This document shows positions 60,112 through 60,254 of a stretch of DNA of 60,254 bases, piece by piece. The notes beneath the pieces are model-generated. The model did not search any database and was not told where the DNA came from. It was given only the letters and a program-made list of their open reading frames with translations. A program made the position numbers and the translations under genes. The DNA comes from a virus. Lineage: Duplodnaviria > Caudoviricetes. Location of the stretch: positions 1-60,254 of the IMG/VR virus record IMGVR_UViG_3300045747_000144, one strand, 5' to 3'. Each line of letters begins with the position of its first letter. Position 1 is the first letter of the stretch.

Positions 60112-60254
60112 TGGGAACTAGACAAGATTTAGCAGACTTTGCACTTAGACAACTTGGCGGCGGTGTCGTTAATGTTGAAATATCAGACGATCAGATTGAA
60201 GACAACATTAAATTGGCAGTTCATTACTACCAAGAATTTCACTTTGATGGGACA
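60111..60254 (+). CDS. 13: Neck protein gp13, 3'-truncated by window edge
   Basis: MGTRQDLADFALRQLGGGVVNVEISDDQIED.I..A..YY.EFHFDG. Confidence 0.9.
   Translation, partial: MGTRQDLADFALRQLGGGVVNVEISDDQIEDNIKLAVHYYQEFHFDGT

Noticed and set aside
1-60254. Genome-wide TGA or TAG reassignment
   Set aside because: Core genes are intact under code 11 and use TGA/TAG as true stops; only one suspicious in-frame TGA was seen.

Overview
This window is a 60 kb segment of a T4-like myophage genome (cyanophage/'far-T4' style gene set), and almost all genes lie on the + strand. (1) 1-16.4 kb is a replication module: regA, hsp20 with a ROSE-like 5' leader, queE, DNA ligase, an SPFH protein, DNA polymerase gp43 split into two genes around an antisense HNH endonuclease, a HAD nucleotidase, uvsX and the gp41 helicase. 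(2) 16.5-27.2 kb is an early region of small ORFs driven by 13 near-identical sigma70-type promoter/RBS cassettes (a 14th copy lies at 2.2 kb), with a tandem paralog family. (3) 27.3-37 kb is a late-promoter cluster of proteins carrying T4-type capsid-targeting N-termini: a PD-(D/E)xK-like nuclease, a KxDG ligase-like nucleotidyltransferase fractured by a naturally split intein with a free-standing HNH gene between the halves, a cytidyltransferase-like enzyme, an Acb1-like 2H phosphoesterase and polyprotein-like internal proteins. (4) 37-60 kb holds virion genes gp14, gp15, gp16 and gp17, a membrane-protein cluster, about 14 kb of Thr/Gly-rich fibre or appendage genes, and the start of gp13. 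The top leads are the two differently fractured genes, the apparently packaged enzyme set, and the phage ROSE thermometer. All family calls come from motif recognition by eye; no database searches were run.
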